A stretch of DNA of 64,000 bases from NCBI GenBank assembly GCA_009103225.1, contig RHPI01000385.1:743627-807626 (forward strand), in the 5' to 3' direction. Positions 13,128-25,050 of the stretch are shown piece by piece. This stretch comes from Chlorokybus atmophyticus (lineage: Eukaryota; Plantae; Mesostigma and Chlorokybus algae). The number at the start of each line of letters is the position of its first letter. The first letter of the stretch is position 1. A model generated the notes under the pieces. That model was not told the origin of the DNA and did not search any database. It was given only the letters and a program-made list of their open reading frames with translations. The position numbers were made by a program, and so were the translations under genes.

Positions 13128-16100
13128 ATGGCGGCGGCGGTAGTCACATGCGGGACATCTTGGCAGCCGCAGACGCAGCCGCAGCCGCAGCGCATACCAG
13201 TACACAAATCTGGGCGTGCGGGTGGAGCATGTTCTCGTCAATGCGCGTCACGGGGGAGGCGAATGCATGGGAGGAGTGGAGCGTTGCTTGTGCATTGTCA
13301 ATCGGGACAAGAGCCTAGCGCAGCAGGTATGAACGCACGGCTTCACTTTGCATGATATCCTTTGTTGCCTAGGCGAGTGAATGACGCTGGTCTCCAACGC
13401 CTGTAAGTTACAGGCTGTAACCACATGTGCAGCAAGTTCCCGTTTGCACTGGACAGTAGCACACGCGTTATCGCTCCATGACTTTGGCATCACATGTTCC
13501 AAGTATACCTGCTATAAATCAAACTGTATTATCGTAGTATACAGTGCAGTTTGCTACAGCAAGCTGATGCGTTCAGATAAATGAAGCAACTACCTGCATC
13601 GACAAAGTCGCATTCGCCGTCATACAGTGGGTTAATATTGCTACGACATGAAAAGTGTTATGCCAAGCAACCACACGGTTTGGTGCATGTCAATGATTGA
13701 GTACTGTTTGCGCGTTGTCGGTTTACACGGTGTCAGCAGCTTGCTTGTCAGCTTAATTCTTTGCAGGCCACAAGTCATGTGCCTGCCAGCACAGATATGG
13801 GGACATAGTCTGCTCCTGAGTGTACGGAGAACATGCGTACCGTACAACTGTCCCCTGAGCATGTGTTGTGTGTCTCAGCATATAGGCTACAACTTAATCC
13901 ACTTGCGAGCTTCAGGCCATGCGATTACACATGCACCACGGCACAGTACACCATGCACACTTGCCGTTACATGTGTAGCAGTTACAAAGGCGGCAATGCA
14001 AAATGTTGAGGCCGTGTTGAGGCAACTCTGTAGGCAGCTGGTCAGCAGCATCATGTGACGCTACGCTAACAAGCTTGCTGTGACAGAGAGACCGGGAAAT
14101 GCTGCGGAACCATTGTTAACATTTCAAGACACCGAACCCACCACGAGCAATGATGCCCAGAGGGACTGGGAGGCCTTGAACGCCACAAACTCATCCGAAG
14201 TGAGTTGATGAGCTCATGTGGTGTGCCCGGGCACCCCTGTGTGCTGAAATACTCACATCCTTTGCTAACCAGCCGGAGTTTATGGCGTTTGGAGAAGGTG
14301 CATCAACAATGCTGGCAATCATGCCGCTGTCAAGACCAAAGTTTCCAGCAGAGCGCGTATCATTGCAGTTGTTTGAGTCCCGATACAGGTATGACTCAGG
14401 CTTGAGTTGTAACGAGTTGCTGCATGGCTAATGTGCTTGGCTGAATCAGTCTTGTGTGTGCGCTGTACTTAGCATAAACTACATTTGCTGAACAGGGCTA
14501 TGTTCAAAGTAGTGCACTCCTCAAGACAACAGCTTTTTGGCATAGCTTATGCAGACCAAGTAAGGCAGCGCGTGCTTGCGGTCGTTTTTAGTTTGTGTCA
14601 AGCAGATATGGTGCTGCACTTCGTCCTACGCATGCTGGTTGTAGCATCCTATGCTAAAGTTGTAGTTTTCACTCATGTTCAGTCATGTGACTGTGAGCAT
14701 TATTAGCTTTCCTAATAAGCGATGCCCTGCAGGTCAATGCCATGATTGAGACAGTTGGTACTGTGTGCCGTTTGCGCTCTTTTGTTCCGGATCCGGAGAA
14801 CAAGAGGATACTTATTGATAGTGTGGCTGTCGGGCGTTACAGATTGAGGCGGATAGTATCAGACAAGCCTTTTATCACGGTATGTCTGCTCTCATTCTTT
14901 GACTATTTATGATAGGCAGGCACAACTGTCTCGTACAGCAGCTGGCTGCAATAGTTGTTACCACCAGTCCATTTGATCAGGGCACGTGCTCTCTTTTTGC
15001 CTGTTATCTGACTGCTTGGGTGTGAACGTGCCTTGCATACAGGCTATCGTTGAAGACTACTGTGACACAGAGCCACAGTCCATCTCAGAGCATGCTGAGC
15101 ACGCCATGGCTGAGGCACGAGTCTGGTCATGTATGCAGGTCAGCATCTTGAAATTTTCTAGCTGCTTGCCCACGGCTGGAGCGTGTCTGGAAGTAATGTT
15201 TTCCTTCCTTCAATAAGCGGCTGCCTACTAATGTCAGCGAAGACAATAGCAACAACCACATGTGTGTCAGGATGTGCAACAGTTGGCAGAGAAGCTCTAT
15301 GGGCACCTTGGCCCGTTGTCCGACGTAATCAGCAATGAGGTGAGCATATCGGCAGCTCCATCATCGGACTTCAAGAATGAGACAGCTGTGGCAAGACATT
15401 ACATGCTAATGCCATTTTGGCAGGTGCGACGGTGGAGCTTTACGGACTCTACAGCGAGGTCGTTACCAAAACCAACAGCATGCGATGCCAATTCTGATGC
15501 TGAGGAGGTGGGGCTTGCTTCCACAGCATCCGCCTGTTGGTTTTGGCTACATGCACACATTAGATTCACTGCAACAGCATCTATGGACCCCCCCACTTCT
15601 GCATGCACGCACCATCCAGCAGAAGCTCCTAAGCCTGTGTACTCATCAAGTACTGACGTGGTTTATCTTGGCCACACAGAATCCCATGAATTGTCAAGCA
15701 CTTGTTTGTTGTACACAACGTTTCTGTTTGACCTACATCTGGAGCATGCATAAGGATGTTATTGTGCTTTCAGCACGCTTATGGCATGTACATATAGCTG
15801 CTTGTTTGCTCGCTTGCTTGCGACTGAACACTGTTTACGCTGTGCTCAGAACATATGGCATCAGTGGTCAAGGCCTATTGACGATGATGCAGCAATCTCA
15901 GAGGTGGAGCGGCGCCAGCGGTTCTCCTTCGCAATTGCGCGTGCCCTGGATCTGCCTGTAGCAGAGCAACAGGTATACAGTCTATCTGATCACAGATTGC
16001 TCTGTTTGTGCTTGTGTAGGCCAAACCAACATGTTGATGGAGTGCACACAGGCCATGTTGGAGTTGCAAGACACCATTGCTCGCTTGCGAGCAGCGGAAG

Positions 16101-16162
16101 CTGCTCTGTTGGATGGCAGAAGCTACCTCGCAGCAAGGTCAACTTTGAAGGACATGTTTTGA
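13128..16162 (+). CDS. LON peptidase N-terminal (substrate-binding) domain protein, plastid-type, multi-exon
   Basis: Transit-like exon 1 (MAAAVVTCGTSWQPQ...), then PEFMAFGEGASTMLAIMPLSRPKFPAERVSLQLFESRYR-AMFKVV, VGTVCRL...GRYRLRRIVSDKPFIT-AIVEDYCD, RRQRFSFAIARALDLPVAEQQ-AMLELQDTIARLRAAEAALLDGRSYLAARSTLKDMF*. This is typical of plant/cyanobacterial stand-alone LON-N proteins. Confidence 0.82.
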
Positions 16163-17081
16163 ATTGCACGAGGCACTCCATGCAACACGTGCTACCTCTG
16201 GTTCTGCTGCCAACCAGTGTTGATAAAAACAGTATACCTGCCCAGCTGTAACTTCTGTCTTGCGCATGCACGGTCGCTTTCTCCTTGGCTGATCATGGGC
16301 TCGGCATAGATCGCCGTCAGGGCCTGTTCCACGAAAAATCTGGGTTTGTCAGCAAGCATTGAAGCCAGCAGGGCATGAGCGCAGTGGAGGCTATCCTGCT
16401 GCGCACTTCTAGCTAGGCCAGACTGGTGCAACAGCCAACCAGCGCTATAACAACGTGATGGAGTATCAATTTGTGACCATCTGGTGCTTTCTGTGTGCGC
16501 TTGCCTAAAGAAGTCTTGCCTGAGACACCAATAACAAGTGTGAGTGTACTCGAGAAATAGCTGTGTGCCAGTGTGCTGTGCAAGGGTGCTACATGTGTTC
16601 ATGTACTCTGTATTGCTGACAGGCACCTTGGCTGACCTTGGTTGTCGAGCAGAGAGGCACACTTGAGCCTGCACTGCATCTTGGTACCGTAATGGAGGCA
16701 GTGCAGCTGTCATATTAAGTTGCTTCACATTGTCCCAATGATAACTGACTGTCCGAGTCCGAGACTGCCGCGTTGCAACGTATTCAGCCATTGACACGTG
16801 CGCGCACGTGTGTGTAGCAGGACACGGTGCAGGAGACTGCAGTCGCAAGGAGCCATGGAAAGCGCATGCAGCGTCTTAAGGTAAAAAGCAAAGGCATGTT
16901 GCCATTTGCAGCAAGTACACGAACAGCAGGTAATACATTAACGAGTGCACAGAACGTGCACTCAAAGAATAATTGTCAATGGATAATTCTATGTACAAAG
17001 AATGGCTCAACCTAAACAATTGCTGCTTACCCCTACAATCAATAAATCGATGACTACTTATACAAGCTAGCTTTAATTGAA

Positions 17082-19569
17082 CTACTGCCATGTGGACAGT
17101 GGCTGCACTTCAGGCATTGGCGCATCTGCCAGGCTTTTGGACCAGAGCACTGCAATAGTTGCGCTGGTGCACAGGTCGGGCATGCGCACAACCAGGTTGG
17201 TGACGCCCGTATTTGGGTTCTCCATTGGTCTGCCTATCACGAGGGGATCTGTAGAAAAGGTGGTGAAAGTCGCACCGGCGGGGCTTAGAATCCGCCCTTG
17301 CAGCTGCGAACCTCCTTGTGCAAGGGTGGCTGTTGTGCCAGCCCTTGACACGGCAACCGAAGCGCGCGTGTGGAACATGCTGACAACATCCATGGGAGCC
17401 ACGAAGGATACCTGTGTACAGGTGGACACAAGTCAGCGCCATCCTTGTCCGTGTGGGTGTGCAAATGTTGTGCAAATGCCCACCTCGTCCTGCACAAGAA
17501 GTCGAGCGTATGGGGCAGGTACATCCTTGAGGAGTGCAATGCCGCGACGGACGCTGATGGCGCCGGTGTATGCGTCTGTGAGATTGACAACAGTATGCGA
17601 GCGCTGTTCCGAGGAGAACGGTGTTGACAGTGAGGCAGTCACGCCCAGTGCCTGGTTCGCACATTGCAGAGCGCTCTGTGTCGTGTTGCTCACCGCCAGA
17701 GTGTTGTGAGATTCAGTGCGCGTGCGGTAATAACTGCAAGGTAAGTACATTGTAAGTATGGCAGCAGACACTTGACACTCTGCAGCTGCTCTGCAAGTGG
17801 CGGTCTCCCACCTGTAGCGAAACTTGTATCCAGGCGTGAAGTATCCAGGCAGGCTGTAGCTGTCATAGCCGAGGTCAATGAACCAGCGCTGGCCGTCGTT
17901 GTCAAACACAAATGATCCCAAGTCAAGATGCGCATGCGTGCTCTCCCTTGGAGCGGGGTTCCACCCAGCCTTCACGGCAACATACGCGGTGAGGTTGCTG
18001 CCCCATGTCGTGCGCATGAACGCAGTGTCAACTTCCAGCCCGCGGTGGCGCACGTCCTCAGGTAGCGGATTGGGCAGAATTTGTTGCGTGAATGTGGCAG
18101 GGTTTGTCCAGAACACACGGAAGAACATGCCCGTGACCTTAAGGTTGAACTCATACGAGGGCACAAAGGCGTCGTTCACTTGAGCTGCAGCATAGTAGTT
18201 CAGTTGCATTGAGTTGAGAACGTCGCCTCCGTCAGCAAAGGTGAAAGATGTTGACTTGGCGGTAGAGCTTAAGCATTGGATGCGAAAGTATGCAGCGGCC
18301 TGCACAATGTTATACTCATCAGCAAATGTGCAAGTTTGGGTACTCATACCATTTTACTGCTCTTAGCCTTACCATCAGGGCCGGTGAGGAGCTCCAGCCA
18401 AAGTCGTTGTTGAGAGCAGTCTTTAGAGTGCTAAGGGCAAAAGGCAGGTTGTAGCCGATGTAGCTGCCATAGAAGGGGCCCTCGAAGAATGCACCGCTTG
18501 GGCTTAGGTTGCGCATCTGCCGCTCGATGCCTGGCAGCGCCATAGCCAATATCTGCTGGCACATGACCATGTCGCGCTCCGCGAACACTATGGCCGCTAC
18601 AACGTAGCCTGTGAGCGAGTTGGTGGCTACGTTTGTGTCCTGCATTGATGCGTTATGAGCATGTCAGCTTTGCTTTGCTCACTGATGCATGCGTGCAGGT
18701 TGCAATCAGCACTCACCAAGGCCGCGACGGTGGGCAGCATGGCCGCGTTGAGGGCGGGCAGGAAGGCGTTGTTGCGCACTGCAGTCCATACAGCCGTGCG
18801 CTGCGCGTTGGTTAAGCCGCTGTACAACCAGTCATAGCCCCATGACGCCGCCAGCAGGTAGTTGCTCAAATCTAGGTAGCTTTCAACCTTGTTGAAGCTT
18901 GTGCCCCTGCACATGCAAACCGCTCTGGTGGTGCACTTACACATGCATTGCAGGCATACAACTGCATGCATGGCTTGTAACTCACCAGGCAGGGAGCGAG
19001 GAGATGTACATGACATCAGCGAGCGCATATGCAAACTTGGCGGGGTCCGAGTCCACCAGGTACCCGCCAGCGATGCTTGCAATGCGGTCCGCAAAGTTAC
19101 GGGCATTTGAACTGCACAAAGAAAGGTCAGTTCTGGTGTTGGTAGTCGCAACCAGTACTTGTGCAGCAGCCTTGCTAATCCTTGTCAAGAGCTTGCTTGC
19201 CTGGCAAAAGGAGAGCGAGGGGTGACGATAGTGGCATTGGCGGTTATCATAGCGCTCTTGCAAAGTGGCCACATCTTGCTGTTGACGTTATTGTACGAGC
19301 GGATAGCTGCGGCGGGGACGGCACAACAGCATCAGTAAGTCAAGGTACAAAGAAATGAACACGTATTGCATGACTACATCACTACCATAACACTGCTTAC
19401 TCGGCAACATGTCCTGCGTGACAATAGCGCGAGGGTGTTCGAGCCTCACGGTGGACAATGCTGTTGAGTAGTCTTGTATTGACTGCGCCATTGCAAATGG
19501 GACTGCCAGCGCCAACAGCAGCAACAGCTGAGGAACCTGCCATCGCCAATGCCTCCTATTTTGCAGCAT
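17082..19569 (-). CDS. Secreted heparinase II/III-like polysaccharide lyase (bacterial-type), multi-exon
   Basis: Signal peptide (QLLLLLALAVPFAMAQ), HPRAIV, helical region with YDWLY and GAFFEGPFYGSY, then AFMRTTW...VKAGWN...HAHLDLGSFVFDNDGQRWFIDLGYDSYSLPGYF...YYRTRTESHNTL, characteristic of the Hepar_II_III family. GT-AG and GC-AG introns are present. Confidence 0.82.
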
Positions 19570-21681
19570 ACTGCAACAACTTTGGCTCGCCATTGCTGAG
19601 AGACTGTGCACACAAACAGTAAGTGCATTGTGCAACAGAAGTGCAAGAAGTTGCGAATGCATGCCAGCCAACCGGCTACACTACAAGCAGAGACTAAAAT
19701 TGCAGATTTGTGCAGAGCGGGGCCAAGGGAAGAGAAGTGCATGCATGCTGTCATGGCAAGGGCGTACCAGGCTGCTGGAGGATGCAGACAGGGGGCCAAA
19801 AGTGGACCTGGTTGCTTGCGGAAGTATAACTCAGGTTCAGGCCCAACCAGCTGCACTGCTGACTACTGCTGGGATCCCCCTCAGATGTGGAACGGAACCT
19901 TGCATGCGTTTGTAACTCCAGCTGCTCTATATACCACACTACTAGGCCACTTCCCAGCTTTGGGAAAGGGTCAACCGTTTGTGCACGTGATTGGCTCAAA
20001 GGTAGGCTTAACTTAGGCTTAACAGCAGCAACCGACTCTCGAGATCTTCTGCCGCTGGGTATGGCGCACTTGGCCAAGTAGGCGGACTGCATTGTACAGC
20101 GCCTGTGTACGCCTATAGCCAAAGTCAACCTCATCGCTGTCCTCATCATTCTCGCCCTTCTGCACTACCACAGTGCCGTGCTGCTCCTGGAATAACCCAC
20201 TCTCTCTTCCCGCAAGCCACTTGGCGCCGCCAGGCACAGGCACAGAGACGCAGAGAGAGACTCGCACGTGAAGGCTGTCACTGACAACTTGTCAGAGAGT
20301 GCATGCTCTGAGAGCTCTGTTCCCAATTTGGCAGTTCCAAAGGTGGTGTTGACAACTTCACGAGCATAAACAGCGGTTGTGCATCCCGCTCAGGCATTGC
20401 AGTACGGTATTAGCCCTGATGAGCTTACTTCCACTGCTTCATTGCCACTGTTGTTGGTGGCCACTTGCTTGACGGTTTCTAGCAAGCTGATACGAGGATC
20501 TGAGTAACACTGCCGCATGCGACAAGGGTACCGGACTCTGTGTAGAGACAACCGTCCGTATAACCGCAAAAACATCAAGAAAACCGTGTCCCTGATGTAT
20601 GCATTGCATAGCCCGCTCGGCTAGATTTGTGCCGTGCAGTTGTAACTCTAAATCCAGCATGTGGCCAGTAGGGGCGGACCTGTTCCGAGTGGTGCACTGG
20701 TTGGCCAAAAATAACGCTTGCGGTTGCCAGTTACAACTGCATCGGCGCGTATGCAAGTGCCACATACCGCATTTACCCGTTCACAGTGCCCCCTTCCAAC
20801 ATAGTGCCCCCCCAAAATGTAGGGGGGGTAATCATATTCGGGGGGCAACTCTATTCGAAATGGGGCATTGTATGAATCCAAGATTACGTTGACTATCGTC
20901 TCTGGCCGGATTTAGCGTAATCTCACGCGACAAGACGTAGCACAACCGTAACTCAGTGTAACAAGAGCATACCCGGAAGTAAGCCTACGGGCAACAGACT
21001 CAGCCTATGGCCCAGCGTAGGCTAACCCCTGCGGCTTAATAAATTACCTTAACTCAGCCTACGGCATACGTGGCAGCAGCACAGGCTGCCGCGGCGGCAG
21101 TGCCGCCAAGTACTGGCAGTTGCACTACTCTTCATGGCATGATGCCAGTTGCATGTTGCAAACAGCTATGAACCGCAGCGCACTACACATAAGCAAAGCA
21201 AGTGTGCGTGCAGTGCAAGCAAGTTACGGCAAGCTCAGCAAATACAACAACAATAAGTTGAATACAATACAAGAACAGTACAAAACCTTATGAATTGTTA
21301 TGATGGCATGTTATGTACACAATCATTGATTATTTTTAGCAATTGCATAACATATAAAGCTAGTTCTCATAAAGCAATTGATGCTTTGCATTCCAAAACA
21401 TAAATAGAGTGTATATGATATTATGGACAGATTCTCGTATTTTGGGTAGATTGCATTTGTACAATATAAAATGCAATCTACCCATGAGTTGAGTGATGGG
21501 CAAGGTATTGTGCGAAAACCAAATGTTCACCGCACTTTATTTGCCATGCAAAGTATGTGCATTCTTAACTCCTGATGCCATGAGCCCGCCTCGGGTTTGT
21601 TCAAGGCTCGTGATGCGCCGAGCCCATCTATCGTACAATGTGGTTGTATGCAGCACTGAGTAAGGGTCATCTATGTATGAA

Positions 21682-22654
21682 TGTATAAGATAATTCTGGT
21701 GCATAACCATGGTGTTGGGAGTTTAATTTCACTCAGCCAGCTGCTCACTTGCTGTGTGTATGGGTGATGTGCTTAGCTGTTAAAGGTGCCTTCCTTACCC
21801 TCTTGTGTGGGGGCGTTTCTGGGTGATTTGCTTAGGGTTTGGGGTGTTTATCCTGTCGTCGTTGCGCACGCCTGTACTAAAGAGTATGCGCCTCTTACTT
21901 TCTGCTAATGCTGGTGATCTTGTTGGTGTGGATAACCCCTGCCTAGCTGGTTTTGCTCTTGTGTATTGCTGGGTGTGCATGCGTATGTATGCAATAGGCC
22001 TTACACACTCGTGTGTGTGCATGCATGTGTATGCCCCTTGCATGTAGAGGATATCATGATGTGTGTGCATGATGCACGGCATGTGTGCATGCACAATAGC
22101 CTTGCACTTCTGTGCATGTGTGGCAGCATCCTCGACAGCATACTGCATGCTCACGCATTGGATGAGCCACTATCAACAAGCCCCTGGCATCAGGTGTTCC
22201 ACACTGTGGTGATGATCATCATGATGGTATTGCAGTTAATGGGTTCTGCCTCAGAGCGGATTAATTTATGTGATCCCCACTTGGGATTGTGGACTCCATA
22301 AAGACATCATGTCCTGATGCCACATGCTTCCCTTTGCTGGAACGACCTGCTAGTCGGGGCTGTTGGGCTATTGCATTGATGCACTGTCTGGCACTGAGTG
22401 GTTTACATCTCATTAAGGTGCTGATTGTGACTCTCCCCCTCATCCCTTGTGGGGTGAGGTGTTGTGGTGTTGTGTACATGGGTGTGTTGGGCGTTTTGTG
22501 GTGCCTGAGGCAAGAGCTGTGTGGAGAGGTTGGTGGTCATCCTCCCCTTCAAGATGCTATACAGTGAGATTGGTGGGGGATCCGCTATAGATTCTAAGTG
22601 CTTGAGCTTAAATTTGCCAAGCCCAACTGATAAGTAAGTAGTGGTATTGTTACA
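21682..22654 (-). mobile_element. Decayed ~1-kb dispersed repeat (possible solo LTR), copy 1
   Basis: Its reverse complement aligns over hundreds of bp with 41045-42115 (e.g. GATAAACACC...AAACGCCCCCACAC.GGAGGGTAAGGAAGG) and with 24250-24500. Ends read TGT...ACA. No target-site duplication found. Confidence 0.55.
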
Positions 22655-22689
22655 CTCTCTCTCTTCCTCTCCGTGTGGGTGACCCTTAT

Positions 22690-23330
22690 GTAGGCATATG
22701 CATTATGCACATCGATGCCGTCTGCATGATCGTATGCACGCACGCATATATGTGCGTGTATACGAACACATATGAATTCACACACACACCGTGTGCGTGT
22801 GTTTTATACAACACATATAAAAAACATTTATATATACATAAATATACATATATGTATATTATTATATGTATGTATGTATACAGACATACATTTTTAAATG
22901 TGTATATACATATGTAATATTGTTGATAGACATGTCAATAAACACATACATGTTTAGGTATATGGTAATGCATATTTATATATACATAACTTTGTCGACA
23001 TTTTTTGAAAACCTATATGTATATATACACATATATACACGCATATACATGTATATATATGCATGTATATATATACACATATATACACGCATATACATGT
23101 ATATATATGCATGTATAATTATAAAAACATAATTGCATAATTATGTAGGTTTAAACGTTTCAATTGCTTTACCATACATTCGTACATCTATATGCATATA
23201 TATGTATATATATACACAAAATTACCATATATTGAATGTACGTATATAATGAGTTGGATGAGGTTGTGTACATATATCTGTACATATTCTCACGCTACAT
23301 GTACATGTGAATCACGAGATGTGGTGCACA
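22690..23330. repeat. AT-rich alternating purine-pyrimidine low-complexity tract (TA/CA/TG) with an internal ~46-bp duplication at about 23020-23115
   Basis: Direct reading of the sequence, e.g. ATATATACACATATATACACGCATATACATGTATATATATGCATGT occurs twice. Confidence 0.85.
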
Positions 23331-24249
23331 TAAATGTCAGTTATTGAGGTTATACCAAGTCAGAGGTCCTGTTTGTCGCTGGAATGCAACTGTCCCGGAC
23401 GCGCGCTTTCGGATATGAAGAGCGTATCCGGACCGATCGCCGCCCCGGATGAGGGCGGGAGACGTTCAATTACGGTCGCACGGGGGTCGCCCGCCTCCTG
23501 CCGTCGTCTGGCCGGGGGTACTTGTAATTTTGTGTAATCTTACAGTAGGGGGGCACTGCATACGAGAACGGGGCATAGTACAGCCTAACAGTGTGCCCCA
23601 TGATAGTTTTAGGGGGTAATTATAATAGGGCGGGCGCTCTGTACGGGTAATTACGGTAGCTTTTCAACCTTTTTGATTTTCAGCAAGTTGGGCGTTGACT
23701 GTTTAATCAGTGATTCGTCTTATCCATGCGAACATGACTGAAAATAACTTTATTCAATGAATTGAATTTTATGTACATCAGAAAAGTGTTATATCATAAT
23801 GCTGCAAAATCTTTATAACATGCAATGGCTAAACAGTTACTTTAGTATGTATAAAACCCCGCCAGACTACACATTTTGATTCATAACCATTTGATAGCAT
23901 ATGTGTCGCCGGCGAAAGTTATGTAAAGCGGCCAATGGAAGTTATTATTTTTACGACAATTCGCGGCATTACAGTATACAACATATGGTCTTGATGTATC
24001 ATATGCATAAATGCAACACCGGTAATCCTAATTATAAATCGTGCATGTTTTGCGATTGAATGCGAAATGCATTTGCTATAAGTAGAAAAGCGAGTGTTGA
24101 TCCGTTATAACATGCATGCAAAGGATGTTTAAGAAGCATAATAGGTTTAATTGATTGCTAAGCGTGTAGGATTTGACACTTCTAGTGAACACGTGTACCT
24201 TGCATGAAATTGGTTGCGGATCATTATTGGCAAATGAGTTTGAAGTGTA

Positions 24250-24500
24250 ATTGTAATGATACCACTCACTTACTTGCTGGGCGGCTTGGCAAACTTATGC
24301 ACAAGCACAAGGACTTACTACTGGAAGCCCTACCAGCGTCCCTGGTGCAGTACCTTGCAGAGGAAGTTACAGCACCGCACCAATGAAGGAGAGGATGACA
24401 CCAACCTCTCTACTCAGCTCCCACACACTCACACACTCAAGCACACCTCACACACATGTGCAAAGCTGCCATGGACATCACACACCACATGGGATGAGAG
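24250..24500 (+). mobile_element. Partial copy 2 of the same dispersed repeat family (element start)
   Basis: TGTAATGATACCACTCACTTACTT...GGCTTGGCAAACTTATGCACAAGCAC and GAAGGAGAGGATGACACCAACCTCTC match the reverse complement of about 22520-22654. Confidence 0.5.
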
Positions 24501-24819
24501 GGACAGCCCCTTGAACAACTAAACTAGGCACCCCACACACAAGAGTCGAGTATGCACATGCTGAGCTGTCTTTGAACGGCCTTAACACATGTTGAGGCCG
24601 TTCATATACCCTCTCTTTGCTGCTCTCCGACCTAGAACATCCAAGTCCAAGGCTACATGCCTTGTCATGGCTGCGTTGACCACAACTCATGTCTAGAGCT
24701 GCCACATCAGCCCTTGGACCTCTTTCAACGCCCAAGACTGATCACACATCAGCCTTGGACACTGTAAACGTCCCTAGGCTGGTCACCTCAGCCTAGGACA
24801 TCACACACATCATCCTTGG

Positions 24820-25050
24820 ACGTTGTGAACGTCCTTGGCTGGTCGCATCATACTCATGCATACATATGCATCCTTATGCATACATACGCGCGCATATGCA
24901 CACATATGCGCATGCATGCATATACATGCATACATCTAATACATACCTCTCATGCACGCATATGCACTCATATGCGTACATGTGCACACATATGCAAACA
25001 CATGCATACACATGCGGACATATGCACACATATGTCTCTGTACATCACAT
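24820..25050. repeat. Degenerate (CATA/CATG/CACA)n low-complexity tract
   Basis: Direct reading: near-continuous alternating purine-pyrimidine sequence. Confidence 0.8.

Noticed and set aside
4646-19569. Glycan-modification gene cluster (fucosyltransferase-like plus lyase)
   Set aside because: The genes are 10 kb apart and separated by unrelated housekeeping genes (SUFD, LON-N); no evidence of clustering.
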